Origin: Marsupella aquatica
Taxonomy: Eukaryota > Plantae > Marchantiophyta
DNA length: 64,000 bases
Assembly (NCBI GenBank): GCA_973895155.1
Contig: OZ316893.1
Coordinates: 4,910,071-4,974,070, forward strand
Reading direction: 5' to 3'
Notes under the pieces: generated by a model
Told to the model about the DNA's origin: nothing
Database searches by the model: none
What the model saw: the letters and a program-made list of their open reading frames with translations, nothing else
Translations under genes and position numbers: made by a program
Shown here: positions 26,458 to 40,178 of the stretch, one piece after another
Layout: each line of letters begins with the position of its first letter
Position numbering within the stretch: position 1 is the stretch's first letter

Positions 26458-29400
26458 TCAGTTTTTCCGTTTATTCTTAAGCTCATTTGATGAAGGCAAG
26501 GGGTTGCTGTGCCAGTTGCGCTTGCGTTGGTTAATGAACCAGTTGTTTACCTGCTTCAATTCGAGTCCTGTTTCTTGGATCAGACGTTCCTTCTCATCTT
26601 CCTGCAACCATCCCCAGCATTTCAGCAAAAGTAACCGCCACCAACAAGGTGAAACGAAAACTTCAAGCCCCTATCCCTGAAACGGACTGGAACCTCAGGT
26701 AAGTTTCCACAGTTCGGGCAGTTCCATTAGCTGGGATGATAGAACAAGTTGCACAATAGCATTGAGGTCGACGACAGAATCTCAGATTGATCTACACGGA
26801 CAAAAATTAACAACCCTTGGTGCTAAAGGAGGTATCATACGACGTTGTATATGAACATTTAACTAGCGGACTCAAATTGACAGGACTATACAAATACTGT
26901 GCAGGTCTAGCATGCAGTCATTATACAGTATTGGCAAGATAGTTCGGAAGAGAAAGTAGGACAATTTATGATAATTAATTAACAATAATAACGAGGTATA
27001 TCATACAGAAGAATTATGCAAACACCAACGGGTATAATACTCTATATTTCAAGCTCAAAAGTACTGCGTTCAACATCCACATCAATCAGTGGAACGACGA
27101 ATAAAAACGACAATTGATCGGAACTTAGCAAAGTCTCATCTCATATAAGAAATTCAAGAGCCGGGACACTGTACGTTGTCATCAAAATCGCTCTGTATAC
27201 AGTGACCCAAATCCCTTGGCACCACGAGCTCAAAATAAAGATGTGAGCATTATTGGATTGAAATATCGATCCACTCTGACACCAATCTATGACTTTTGGT
27301 GATAAGATATCCACAGAACCATCCATCCAAATTATTTATTGCCTGAGGATTTTCTCTTCTATTGGACATCAGAATGGAAGATCTAGCATTCCAGTGTCCT
27401 ACATGACGCAACGGGGTTGACCAACACAGTCGGCATTACTCGAAAACAACTCCAAGCACGGAAAAGGTGTTCTGTTTCGTGCTTCTTTTGGGCGTGGGGT
27501 ATTTGGGTGGCATGATGAACACTGTATGGATAATTAATTATGCTCAACTCGCAGCAAGTAGGCTCTAAGCAACCCACCAAGCCGAGCCCTCAGCTCGGCC
27601 CTCAGATATAACGGCTCACACGGCTTGGCTATGAAAGAATAAATGGAAGAAAATCCCATTCAAGTCAAGAAAGCTTGCAGGAATGACGTTCAGGTGATGC
27701 GAGTCACTAGCTCGTTTCATGGAAATGTTAGAGCTGGAATTTAGCTCTGACACCGCAAGGCCGTTTGTAGATACACGATCCCTGACACTAAGTTAACTAG
27801 GAGGTCCACGTTTGATGTCACTAGAGCTGAGACTATAGTTTAATTTCCAGTATATCTCTAGCTTTGTACCGCTGCCCCATTTTTGAATTGCTCTTCAATC
27901 AAGGAAACGTTTGACAGTGGTCCAATGGTCCATCTCTATGGGATAGTCTGTGCCAATCATTCATTCAGTCAAGCATAGATTCGTTCAGCTTCAAGGCGGT
28001 TTCAGCAAGTCAATGCAAAGAATATTTCTCCTAACGGATGATAAACTGTAAGCGCGATGCGGGATTTCAAGAGTTCTGACAATTCACCCCAAAATCTGAC
28101 TCGATCTTCTGGAGGATCAGACAATGTTTTTAAAGACTAGCAATTCTGACCTTTGACAGAATTGGAGCTTGACTGCAGAAGTCAGGACCTGTTGCATCAG
28201 TGATCATGCCCTTCCACACATCTTTCCCCGTCAAAAATGGCAGCTATAAGCGAAATTACGAGATCAATACCCGGATCAATATCTCCCAAATAGCTGTCCG
28301 TTGACAATCCTAATACTTAAGGGGGGGAAATGGCTCAAACTTGGGAGGACCATTTGGCTACCAACCCAGCGCGCCTGTAAAAGGGTTTAAGAACTCAGAT
28401 AGATTCTCTCTCACGAAGGATTTCGTGAGGATCCTGCCAGGTAGAAAGAACAGTCTCTACTTACGTGAAATGCTTCACGTACTATTATAGTTTTGGACAC
28501 TGGAGGCATGACGATTTCTGCAGCGTTCTTGGGCAAAGGTGAGAAGAAATCACTAGATGATAATCGTCAAAATGTGGCACTTCCTGACCTGACAGTGGTA
28601 TGGTACCGCCAGATAGTCAGGGATTCCTTCGATACAGCGACTGGCGAACTATTCTATCGGGGTATAATTCTGTCTTGGTACGTTCCTCGCAGTAATTTCC
28701 ATGTTGTAATATATAACAGTGCGTTTCCCCTGAAAAGCATAAATTCGATAACTCAATGGACTGTATTTGAAAGTAATGAAAGTCTGGATATACATACCGT
28801 GGGATAAGGCCACTTTGAGTGAGCATTCCACCAGGTTTTCAGCACAGTAGTTGTTCCTTCAGGTAATTTACCTGCCCTTCGTTTTCGAAGAATCTCGTCC
28901 CTCACGTCTACGATCTTCTCCCTATACCCTTGCTGAGTCAAACCAGTAAAGATGGATCCGAATCAGACTGGTACTCCGCCCGTGATTATGAGATAACAGA
29001 GAACAGCTTTACAATAATCTCATGAACGAAAAAATAAACACCGCTGTGGATTTCTGAAATCAAAGACAGCTGAAATGAAATACCAGATCCAACGAACATC
29101 ATGAAGAATTTGAGTACTCCGCGAAGGATTGGTGGAGACTTATCATCAACTTTGGTTTCACATCGTGTTTATATCATGCTGAAAGGTTGAGAGATTGGTC
29201 TTTAGGGCTTTGGAATTCATCGAGGCTAGCTGCCACGGCTCGGGATTGAAACATGCCGGATATTGTTTTTGTTCTTAAAGATCTTGAAAGCTTGAACGCA
29301 TTCTAAATCTAATTTTGAAGAATTACGTGAGTGAGTCGAGCTGTAATCTCTAGAGTCCTGATAGATCTTTGGCAGCTTGACTTAAATCTGTTCCAACACT

Positions 29401-31930
29401 GAGTCGACTTGGACCTTGCACTGTTGAGCCAGTTTCTGAAGTAAGTTCTGATTTGAACATCAAGTTTACTCGAAGAAGTTGTCAGTGACAAGTTTGAAAG
29501 ATTCAATTGAGATTCCGAAGTGATGTCGAAAAGGAAATTTCACTTTGAAGACAACTAGACCCTTGCCGTACGTCGTCAATCCATATTGGAAACTGTAGAA
29601 CTTGGCGAACATTGCAAGAGGCATTGTAAGTCCTTTCCAGAGAGCCGCTCACGCAGTGGAAAAGATTCAGAAGATATTTGAAGGGGGATTGTGCGGTTTG
29701 AGCATAGCACAAACAACAAACGTCCCACTGCGGGACAATTCATCTCGAATGCGACCTTGATATTCACATCGTCATGTCTAGCCTGGACCTCTCTTCCAGA
29801 AGAACACACATATCTGTAGCCTCAGTGTGGGAAGAAGTTTAGTGTCCAAACTTGCCTCATTCAGCTCAAGCTTCAGGTCCTGACGAACGCGTTCCATTAG
29901 AGAGCGCTCGGTTTCAGTGGGGACAAGCGGCCCGAAGCCGCCCGTACTGTCTATCACGTCCAGCCCAGTTTCATATCCCTTTCCATCACTTTCTGCGGCC
30001 TGTTCGTCGTCGTCATCAGACATTGTAGCGCCGTTTCCTGACCCCGGAGAAACTCCTATTCCAAGTGAGACCAAGACACTGAATTGCTGAGCGATTTTCA
30101 TTGTCATTAGTGCCCCTGTAGCTCCGAAGAGAATTCAAGAATAGAACTACGACGAAGCAAGATGCAAGCAAGATGCAAGCAAGATGCGTCATAACGTCTT
30201 TTCCACATTGTCAAATCAATGTTTATACTGTGCTATATTATAATCATTGGTACCACAAAGCCATGTCGCTTCTCACCAGTTAGGGTGTAGAATTGCTGCT
30301 CCAGTTCCCAGCAACCGACCATAGCTTCAGTCGCGTGCACTCTTACATGGTTCTGCAGCTGCTCCTGCATATTCAAGAGAATCGTGGCGTAGTTTCTCTA
30401 CAGACATGGAGACAAACGACTTAGTTAGCTAAATGCAAATCCCATACATTTCCATGCTAAATGGAAGCGCCAGGCGCGACCACTTGTCAAACTGTAGATC
30501 CAGCACAGAATGTTCATTCGGGTGTTCAAGTCGGATTTCTGAATTTTAAAGCTCTCCGAACTATCCTTCCGACGATCTTGGCCTTAAATCGCTTACAGTT
30601 CATATTTTTTACTTTTTTAAAAACAGGAAACTTAGGCCATGTATCCGGCCGACGACATCTCAGTAAATATCTGATGCCACAACCCCAGGAATTATTACAA
30701 TAACATATGAACTTCAGTCGTAATAATACCATGAAGTCATCGAGCTCATCTTTATCGTCAACATCTTCTCCCTCCTCAGGAACGAAGACGGAGTATTTGT
30801 CTATCACAAGCTGAGATTGATCCAGCTGTTCTTCGATGTTCGGTAGTTGGTCAACTGGGGTGGCTGTTTTGAGGCATCCAACGTGTGCTTGGACCATCTG
30901 AGCAAACAGAGGGTGTGTGAGCAGCTTTGCCTTCAGTCTCGCTTCGTGCCACTTCTTTATTCTGTCCACTGGAGGCAAGGACATGCTCTCGTCTCGCTCC
31001 TGTGGATGCTCGCCTCCTGCATTCGAAGCATTTTGGGAGCGTGCCTCGTTGCCTGTACCGCTCTCCATGTGAAGGCCTAGAATCACTCTCTGATGTTCGC
31101 TACCTACGAAACGACAGCGCATCAACTACCAAATCTTATTTCGCATTAGTAGACTCCCGGATGTTCGGGAGAGAAACAACAATCCTATTTGAAGCACGCC
31201 TCTCGGGAAGTTTTTAAATTCATTTTTTTACGCCTCGATTGGACGATGTCAATTTACCGATACAAATCTCAGCTCAAGGTTGGAAAACCTCTCGAGTTTG
31301 ATGATTGAAAGTTTTTTCACGAATTGGGTGGATCGATGCCCCTGATGAATTTCGTTGCCCACCTGGAATCTCCACGCTAGTGTCGTCTGGATGAGTTGAG
31401 CCCATCGGAACAGCAGATAACCAATCAATGTAAGGGTGGTTTGATAGAGAAGGTGAAGTCGTCTGCATGTTTCTACACATGCAATGCGCACCACTGACTC
31501 CACAAGACGAACACCATTTTCCAGACACCCGTTTCTGACCTTCGGAGACGGAAACCTGTGTCTGCTGCCTCATTAAAGCATTGCTTAGCCACGAAGGTGT
31601 GCCGACCTTGGGAAGCAGGTCATGTTTCTCTTCGTCGTCTTCGCGGAGCTGCTTGGAACTTTTGGCAGCATTCCTAGTACTATCATCAGCGATGCAGTCA
31701 GTCGCCTCGACGTCGAGACGTCGTATCCCTCTATGGTCGTCCATATCTCTCCTTCGACTCGGAGGCATCTCACAAAGGGCGAGGTCAGGCAACTGGTGCT
31801 CAGGTGTCTTCTCCAGCATGTGCCCCAGGTTGTCTGGGTCTGCTGCCATTCTTTGCGAGTATCTTGAGCTCTCCCACAGCTCTGAAAACTGCTGCAAGGA
31901 GCCGTCGTTTGCTAGATTATTGTATGCCAT
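26458..31930 (-). CDS. KNOX2: Class II KNOX (TALE homeodomain) transcription factor
   Basis: Exons 31930-31363, 31103-30730, 30397-30277, 30055-29856, 28932-28798 and 26601-26458. KNOX1/2 domains ([43 protein letters not shown]), class [25 protein letters not shown], and homeodomain [34 protein letters not shown]. Confidence 0.95.
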
Positions 31931-32329
31931 CGAAGTTCTTGCAACACACCTCAGAACATGGGTTTCAGCTTGCTTTCTGGGTACTTAGGAACAACTTCAA
32001 GCCCCAGATCTAGGTCATCCCTTCGGTAGGAACGTCCTGCGCACACAGACGAAGCTGGTTTGTCAGAAGAAGAATTCCTGTCCATACACCCTACGTCACG
32101 AATTTTGCAGACAATAAAACTGCAAGTCCGAAAGAGGGCCTTCTTGTCTGGGGTAGGTTGCAGGCAATGGACACCAACTTCTCATTGCACTCTGTTCAGC
32201 CTGCGCGCACATTTCTACTGGGTTGGGATTGACTGTTCCAAAATCCGAGAGAATTCCGGATCATGATTTACGTTGCTCATCCTGCACATTCTCGGGATGA
32301 TTGTTCGAGAAGCCGAAAGAGGGTCGGGG

Positions 32330-33640
32330 TCGTGATTGAGAGAGACACATTGATAAGCAATATCTCCGACGGTCCTACAAAGTCACTGCTTCCGGTATAC
32401 TCTCTCGATCACCTTCGGCATTCAGGTAACGTGAATGAATGCTTCATACTTCTCAGGAGGCGGAAAGAGTTCTGGACCGTGACTGACAGCAACATATTGA
32501 TAAGCATCTCTCATGGAGTCGTTCATCACTCATTATACCGTCCGAATTAATCAAGTACTGTATAATGTACTGTAAATCGATGTTTCGGGTATGCTCTCTC
32601 GATCGCCTTCGGCATTCAGGCAAAGTGAAGGAAGGTTTTATACTTGAGCCTCCGGTGTGAAGTGTTCATCCACTATTTGAAGTGTGACACGAAAGATGAA
32701 TGATTGCGACGATATCTGAGGAGGCGGAAAGAGTTCTGGACCTTGATTGACAGTGACAAATTGATAAGAATCTCTAATGGTACGTGTTCGTCACCACTCA
32801 TTCCACAATTAATTAAAATGAAGAGCTGCACATATACTGTAAATCACTGTTTCGGGTATACTCTCTCGATCGCCTTCGGCATTCAGGGAACGTGAAGGAA
32901 GGTTGTATACTTCAGTCTACGGTGTAAAGGGCTCATTTATGGACCTTTGACTGACAGTTACAAATTGATAAGCATATCTAAGGCTGTTCGTTACTCATTC
33001 TACCAGAAAAAAGAGTGAAATTCCGTAAATATACTATAAATCACTGTTTTGGGTATACTCTCTCGATCAGCTTCGGCATTCAGGAACGGGAATGAAATTC
33101 ATGTTTCTACTTCAGACTGTGGTGTAAAGTGTTCGTCCACTACTTGAAGTGTAACACTTCGGAGGCGCAAAGAGTTCTGGACCTTCATTGACTGTGGCAA
33201 ATTAATAAGCACTTCTAATGGTGGTCATCACTCATTCTACAAAAAAGTCAAGCCAAAAACTGTAATTACTCTGTAAAGCACTGTTTCTGGTGTATTCTCA
33301 CGATCACCTTCGGCATTCAGTCACTCATTCCACAAACAAATCAAGTCAGGTACTGTAAATAGACTGCAAATCACTGACCTTCGGCATTCAGTAGAGGATA
33401 AAGGAGGTCTGCAAACAAATCAAGTCAAGTAGTGTAAATAGACTGTAAATCACTGTCTCGGGTATGCTCTCTCGACACCTTCGGCATTCAGGAAACGTGA
33501 AGGAAGTCTTACACTTGTAATTGGTCATCCACTTACTAATTGCAGTGTAACGCGCAAGATGAATGACTGCCAGGACATCGTAAGAAGCGGAAAGAGTTCT
33601 GGACAGTGATTGACAGTGACACATTGATACGCATCTGTAA
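32330..33640. repeat. Irregular tandem array (about 150-260 bp units, 6-7 copies) upstream of KNOX
   Basis: ctctcgatc.ccttcggcattcag at about 32402, 32596, 32863, 33059, 33296 and 33470 (partial at about 33378). gaggcggaaagagttctggac is also repeated. Confidence 0.9.
32480..33616 (+). promoter_or_regulatory. Repeated TALE (KNOX/BELL, PBX/MEIS-type) decamer sites
   Basis: TGACTGACAG at 32480 and 32948; TGATTGACAG at 32744 and 33607; degenerate copies at 32333 and 33185. Confidence 0.55.
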
Positions 33641-33859
33641 TGGTGTCATTGTACCGGTCATAAAAGTAAAGCGGGAGATGAATGACCGCGAGGATGACTG
33701 CCGTCGCTTTCAGCTGAGTTGGCCCCGCTGGCGGGTTCAGTTAAACGTCCCGGCAACGGAGCGTGACGTTGACACCTGTCCGGACAACAGTGATTGCAAC
33801 CAGGGTAACTTTTAAAAGGTACTGGTTTGTACCTTTTAGCCGGTGATGAACGTCATGTC

Positions 33860-34036
33860 GTGTGTGACCGAGAGAAGATGCGAAGAATCTTTTTATCAAT
33901 TTTGTGTGGATTGATTTGTGACCAATTTATATTTAAGAATAACCAATGTCTTGTGTGAACGAGAGAAGATGCGAAGAATCTTTTTATCAATTTGTTGTGG
34001 ATTGATTTGTGACCAATTTATATTTAAGGATAACCA
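33860..34036. repeat. About 91 bp tandem duplication
   Basis: gagagaagatgcgaagaatctttttatcaat..gtggattgatttgtgaccaatttatatttaag at 33870 and 33961. Confidence 0.9.
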
Positions 34037-37000
34037 TCAGATTCCTCTGGCTGAAGTGGGCAAGACAAAGATGTGGCACATGTTATTCTTTGAGGGGTAA
34101 TTTGACAAAATTTTGCAATGTTCATTGCAATAAAAGATGTTTGAATTTATAATAGTGTCACTGTTTTTGTTGTATTTATAAAAATGACACACTTTCCTTA
34201 TATAGCTCCCCTGTTAACTTCAGGGAACTTGTCATCCATATACAAAATAGTGACATTTTATATAAATACAAAAACATTTATCAATATAAAAAACAACCAT
34301 GGTAATATTGTCATTAGAACATCTTTATGACAAAGTAATTAAAAGCATCTTTAGTAACAAAGTAATTACGGACCCCACTAGAGGTCCCTTCCAAAATTCC
34401 TGACTCCACAGCATGCCACATCATCATGGCGCGCTGCAAATAGGAACGGATTGGTTTCTACAATGAAATTATGCCAACATTCGTGTTTGCGGCAAGATTT
34501 TGGTAAAATTGAGGACACCATGCCGTAAACCTTGATGTAAAAATTTATCAAAAATAACTGTTTTATTTACCGTGAGTAGGCTTTCAACTCAGTTTTATTT
34601 ACCCCGCTTAACCAACTGTCCACCCTTTTTTTTGAATTGTAATTCAATTGTAATTAAAGTAATGAAGCAACACTTTAATTACAATGGCAGTTAAGAATCC
34701 TGAGCATGGCAGTTAAGAATCCATGGTAGTTAAGAATCCTGTTTCTGCAGCGCCAGAAGGTCATTTCTGTCTAGCACTCCTTCTCTAGCAATCTGTATTC
34801 CGGCATTGTCGTTTCCTTGTGTCGTGCTCATGGACAGAAGAATTATATGACGAACAAATTCAGCTTGTGAAGTAGGCAATTACTGAGAAGGAAATACCAA
34901 ACATTGCTCCACAACTTGATGCAGCTTAGTGAGCGTTGCCCTACTTTTCTTGGAGTGGAGATCCGAATCGGTAACAAACGAAAGAACATAACAATTTCAT
35001 AAGGACAAAACGAGCACACTAACTGCACCATCGCTCTTGTGGGTTCTTATAGATCCAATCTATTACACAGGCTCGTATTTCAGGAGTTCATAAAGGAGGC
35101 AACTTGAAATCAAAGACCAGTCTGCATGTAGGACTTCAAATTGTATCTTCATATCTGGTTTTTGAAAGGGAAGAGCTGACCAAGTGCTCCATTGCACCAA
35201 ACAGAGCTCGGCTTGATTTGGCAGTAAAAAATACTATCTAGCAATTGATAGACCAGGGCTCTACAAGTTTCTACGAGCACAGTCGATGCCTTTTCATGAT
35301 CAAATTGAAAATATTAGAAGTGAAGCTGACTTGAGAGATCACTTGATAAGGACGCGGATCATTATTGGAGCGAACAGAAGTAGCGACTCTGTCAAATGCA
35401 TCGACCCTCAAGAGGCGCGTTTGCAAGAGGCTGTGATAAAAAGGATTGTGTTTAAAGAGACATTCAGATATGGATAAAGGATTTTGATGAAATCATCTGG
35501 GAGTTCCAGGGTGAGAGGTCAATGTGGTTATTGTGAGGAAGAAGGAACGGAAATTAAGAGATGAGGAACTCGGGGCGGAGGAGTAGGTTTGGCTACTGAA
35601 AGGCGAAAAAGATTGAAAGATTTAGGTGACGATTAGAGCTGTTTGGGAGACAGTAGCGGGAATGCATTTGTTAAAGTTCAGGAGAGAAACGGTCTAATGT
35701 GACTTCTGTGATGAGAAGAATTGGATTGAAAACTGATAGATAATGTGAATGGGTCGTAAGGAATCGGGAAGTGTAATGGAGAAGATAGGGGTCCACAAAC
35801 TAATTAAAAGCTTAAATGAAACGAACATGCTGAAATGAAAACATTTTGAGTGATGAGATGATTCCTACTGTCTTGAGGCCTGATTGGCCAGACGTCCAGG
35901 TAAGTTTCTGACTGATGGCAGGTGGTGCCACTCCTGTCATTCAATCCAACAAACAGCATTCCTGGCCTGAATGACGTGATACCTTTATGTGAAGCTTTAT
36001 TTTGGTGGATCATCTTCAAGGCCATTGCAAACTAAAGCCCTCCCCAAATCAAACATGAAGCATTGTTTTGCAGCAGGGTAATTATCAAATGTAGCCAAAG
36101 TAGAGGTCCTAGCTCTCACATCCTCATCCGTCCTTTGCAAAATGGTTATCACATCCCACCCGTCCTGGATGGATTCAAGTGGCTCTCAAAATCGATCTCC
36201 ATCAATCCTCGAGTTTGAATGGTGGCCCTCATGTCTCCATCGATCAGTCATTGCTTCATTGGAAGAAAGCTCTGACTCTCATCTTCTCATGATCAGTCCT
36301 CCAAATCCACATCTAAACTATTCCATCAGAAGTTCCAACGAAGATTTCGAAATCCGTTTGTTGGGCATGGCCCTAGAACCTCGATCCAGGTGCACATCAC
36401 CTGTAGTACGAATGGTGCATCATGTCAAAAGTTTAATTTGACGTCACAGGCCCTGATTCTTTGAGTTATTTGTTAGGCGCACTCGTATGATACAGATTCA
36501 TTAGACAGTACTACGCCTTCCAGGTGCACATCTCAATCATATCTTCAAACAGAGTAGAGAATGGCCGTAAATTGAACTAAGTTGACAACAAATAGCAGAA
36601 ACCATTTATCCAGCCTACTGGTAGGGTGGTGCATTTTTTAACCCGGTCTGGGGTCTTCATGTTAATGAGTGCAAAAACGGAATTGGACCAAGAACTTTCT
36701 GGCCTGTGCATGTGATTCAACTGTGTCCTTGGCTTCCTTTCAGTGGGTTTCGTTTATTGTTGTTTCTATTCAAACATCGTGCTTCAATTTCGTTTATAGC
36801 AGACTGAATAGAACTTGCACATAAAATAGAGAAGCAAATTGTATTCTCTCGGGACTATCGGTCGGAACGAAGCTTGAAAAGATAATTATGCAAGAGCATT
36901 CGATCCTTTAGTTGCATTAGAATTGAGTGCCTTGTGGTGAGGACTGTAAACCGAGGAAGCATTTCAACCAAACTATAAATGAGGACTGACTGTCAGCCGA

Positions 37001-40000
37001 GGACGCATTTCACAGAAACCATAAACGAGGGCTGAGGACTGAGAAACTACTAAAAAAACAGATGCATTTTAGAATCTAGACTGAAAAATTGATCTGTGTG
37101 CCATATCCTCCCATTTGGCGCAGAAGTTTACTCCCACCTAGTGCTTAGCTTGGTCGCAAGTTTAGGGTCCCACGAGACTTGATCAACCCTTCCGCTTCCG
37201 TATGGTGCCGAGATCCGCCGTCAAGTGAATCCTGTGTCTTCCATCGTGAAAGTGCAAGATGGCAGATTTGAATTCGACGTGCTCTGTAAATGCATAAGCT
37301 CGCAGAGAAGCATCTCAAGCATAGTAAAGGTATAACCATGCGGAGATTAGAAGGAGATCAAGACTAGGTAGGCACAGCAATGCAATGCGTTTTAGTAACG
37401 AAAGAAATTGAATCTGAGAGGGCCAATTTCTTGCGCTACAAAATCTCCTGTAACAAAGTCATACTTGAATCAATCTAGCTACGTCCTTGCTCCTTCCGAA
37501 CGCCAATGACACCTTCTCCCATTTGCCAGCTGCGGCATAGGTGTTTGGAAAGACGCACATTTGTAGGCATTACTGGGTTTCGAACTCGATACACATTACC
37601 GTAAGTTCTCCGAACCCCAAGCAAGGCTACTACATTTGGTTTAATTAATTAGCGCTCGTTTGATTCTTCTATTCGTTCTCACCCACAGTAGGTTGGAGCT
37701 GTGTGAAGCAGTCTTAAAAGAGCAAACGTCCTGGTGGACTTTCCCAGTGGCAACAACCGGGATCGGAGTTTAGAAGCATTTTTTTTTAAGGGGAAATCTG
37801 TGAAACCCCACAGAAAGGAGCTTAGAAACATTGATTCTAAGAGATCAGGGCACATTTTCGCATTATTCTAGACGAAGATGAGAAGAGTCCATTTGCAGTT
37901 ATTCAAGCCGTGCACTGGGAAAGGACCCGTGAAGCCGTGGAGAATTATTTGTGTGGATTTCGCGATTGTCAAATCTTCCAATGCGTTTGAGGGTTTTAGC
38001 ATATCAGCATTGTGTCATGCTTTCATTGATTCATGACTGGACCGTGTTAGTCCCTCTGCTCTTGGCTTGCCCACATTGAGCTACACTTAGCCGAGCGCGT
38101 TTCATCTAGTCTCTCGCAAGCATTAGTGTACAACCTTTCAGTACAGATTCGTTCGACTGTTTCTTTTCTGTCCCTGAAATATTCAGGCATGTTCTACATC
38201 TTTGAAGGACGGTCTTTACAGTGTCTTTCGTTTTACCTTTTCACCTGAAGTTTTAATTTTGCTTCAGGGAGTCAATTCCACTGCTACTTAATCCTTCCTA
38301 TAGATCCGATTGAACGGTGACTTCATGCCTTTGTAGAGCAATGAATCGCTACTCACTTTAGTCGTCTTCTTGCCACTGAACTGCCAAGCTTGCAGCAGGG
38401 AATCGGAAAAATCCCTGCAGATGGGATTGCATCATACCATATCTCTCTCAAAAGAAGTGTCGTTACCTGTCGTGTATCTCTTGTCAAAGTCTCCAACATG
38501 ATGTATCAATCTTTGAACTTAAATCATGCCCTTCTTTGGTGGGAACGGACCTGTGTCCCTGCACACTGCTGCCCAGCAAAAACCAATCGTTATTTGGTCT
38601 AGATGTAGACTTTGTGCTCACTAGGAACTGTCTTGTCAAAGAAGTAATCAAAATTGAAATCCCACTATTTTCCGAGCAAAAGTTTCGAAGTTGTTGAAGT
38701 TGCCCTCAAAATCTTTATTTTGGAAATCTCTCTGGAAAGTTCGAGTGTGTCTTGAAATTTTTCACTGTCAAGCAATTCCAACAATAATCGCATGAAGTCG
38801 TGTTCACAATAACTGCTAGAAATTGCCAAGGAACCCTATACATGCTGGCATGTTGATATTTGTACAGTACGTATTTCAGCCAATTCACTTTCCAACAAAA
38901 GCCATCTACGTGGGTGAGGATATTCTCATCAGAAGCAATATTCACATCAAATGTTCACTATTGGTCTTCCTGGATTTTCCCCTGGTTTTCTCCCTTTATT
39001 AGATTTATTAGAGGATTCAATAAAGTCTACAAAGCTGTCTTTTGGATGGAATTGAGAATGATTTTTCAAGGCAAAAATAAGGTCTACAAAGGGTTCAGTA
39101 CTGCAAACGAAATCACTTTCTCGGCCAAAAGGTGAGTTACCAAAGTGAATAAAAAGAGGGATCTGAAAGCTCATGTTGAGATGTGGCTACACCCACCATA
39201 TCTGCACCCAACAAGCAACTGAATTGTACAACAGTCATCCGTATGCGCATTGAGATTTAATGGGATTGAGGTGTGCTTATTGATAAGTGTTCAAGTACAC
39301 TTATTGAGAGTTTGCACATATAAAGTTGTCAGTTAGCAACATTCAAAAAAGGTGCAAAATGTGAATGTTTTTGCTAAATAAGTCCGAAAATAACTTTTAT
39401 CATTAAGCTCACAATCCGGTTGAATTTCACTTACTGATAAGTGCATGGGGTTTTTAAGTAGAGGTGACTGAATTTAGTGCTGGGATCCTCACCTGGGCCG
39501 GATCTATCCTTGATCTAGGATCAGTCTGTTCATTGCACTAAGGTTGGGACAGACCTAGCATTTCTCTAAGGGGAAAATGCATATCATAATTTGTGTTAGA
39601 GAAAGCTAGCTTCCTCGTGGTGCCCACCTTTCAAAAAACCCTGGGTTAAATCAACACCGCGTTAATGCGCTCCAAGTTTAGCGGCACCCCATACGCTGCC
39701 CGTCACGAAATCCAATGCCGCCTGCCCGTTCCCCGACGCGGCCTAGGTTTATGTTCTACCATTTCTCCTTCGACTGCCTAAACTGCGTTTCTGTCCGTCG
39801 TCCGTCCGTTTTGAAATCGGGCGGGAGCGCGAACCGACTCCCCGACCCTGCCAACGCTACCCTCCCCTGCCCCGTCTCGACAGTCGACTGCTATCGAACC
39901 CTACGATCCCACTCAAGCACGCTGCGCCTGCACACGACCATTGTTTAGGTTCTATCACATTTCGCCTTCGACCAATTTCGAAACTCCAGCCCAACAACTC

Positions 40001-40178
40001 ACTCGGACATCCTGCTCAAGTAAGCAACTCATTCAGATGATCGCTGCTGCATGTCAGACGAGTACTTTGTCTCTGGTGTTACCAATTAAATGGATTGTTT
40101 CAATGTCGCTCCCAACTCTTGCTTCAGATTCACAGTTTATGTACTACTCAGCGTTGCTTTGGTACTGTCATGCAGGGA

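Noticed and set aside
34770-36440. Possible decayed LINE or pseudogene (similar impression at 9800-10500, 13350-14030 and 38390-39170)
   Set aside because: The composition suggests eroded coding sequence, but I could not read any diagnostic RT or endonuclease motif.
39715-39948. Near-identical ORFs at 39715 (+) and 60125-60376 (-)
   Set aside because: They are simply the two TIRs of the MULE; there is no evidence of coding.
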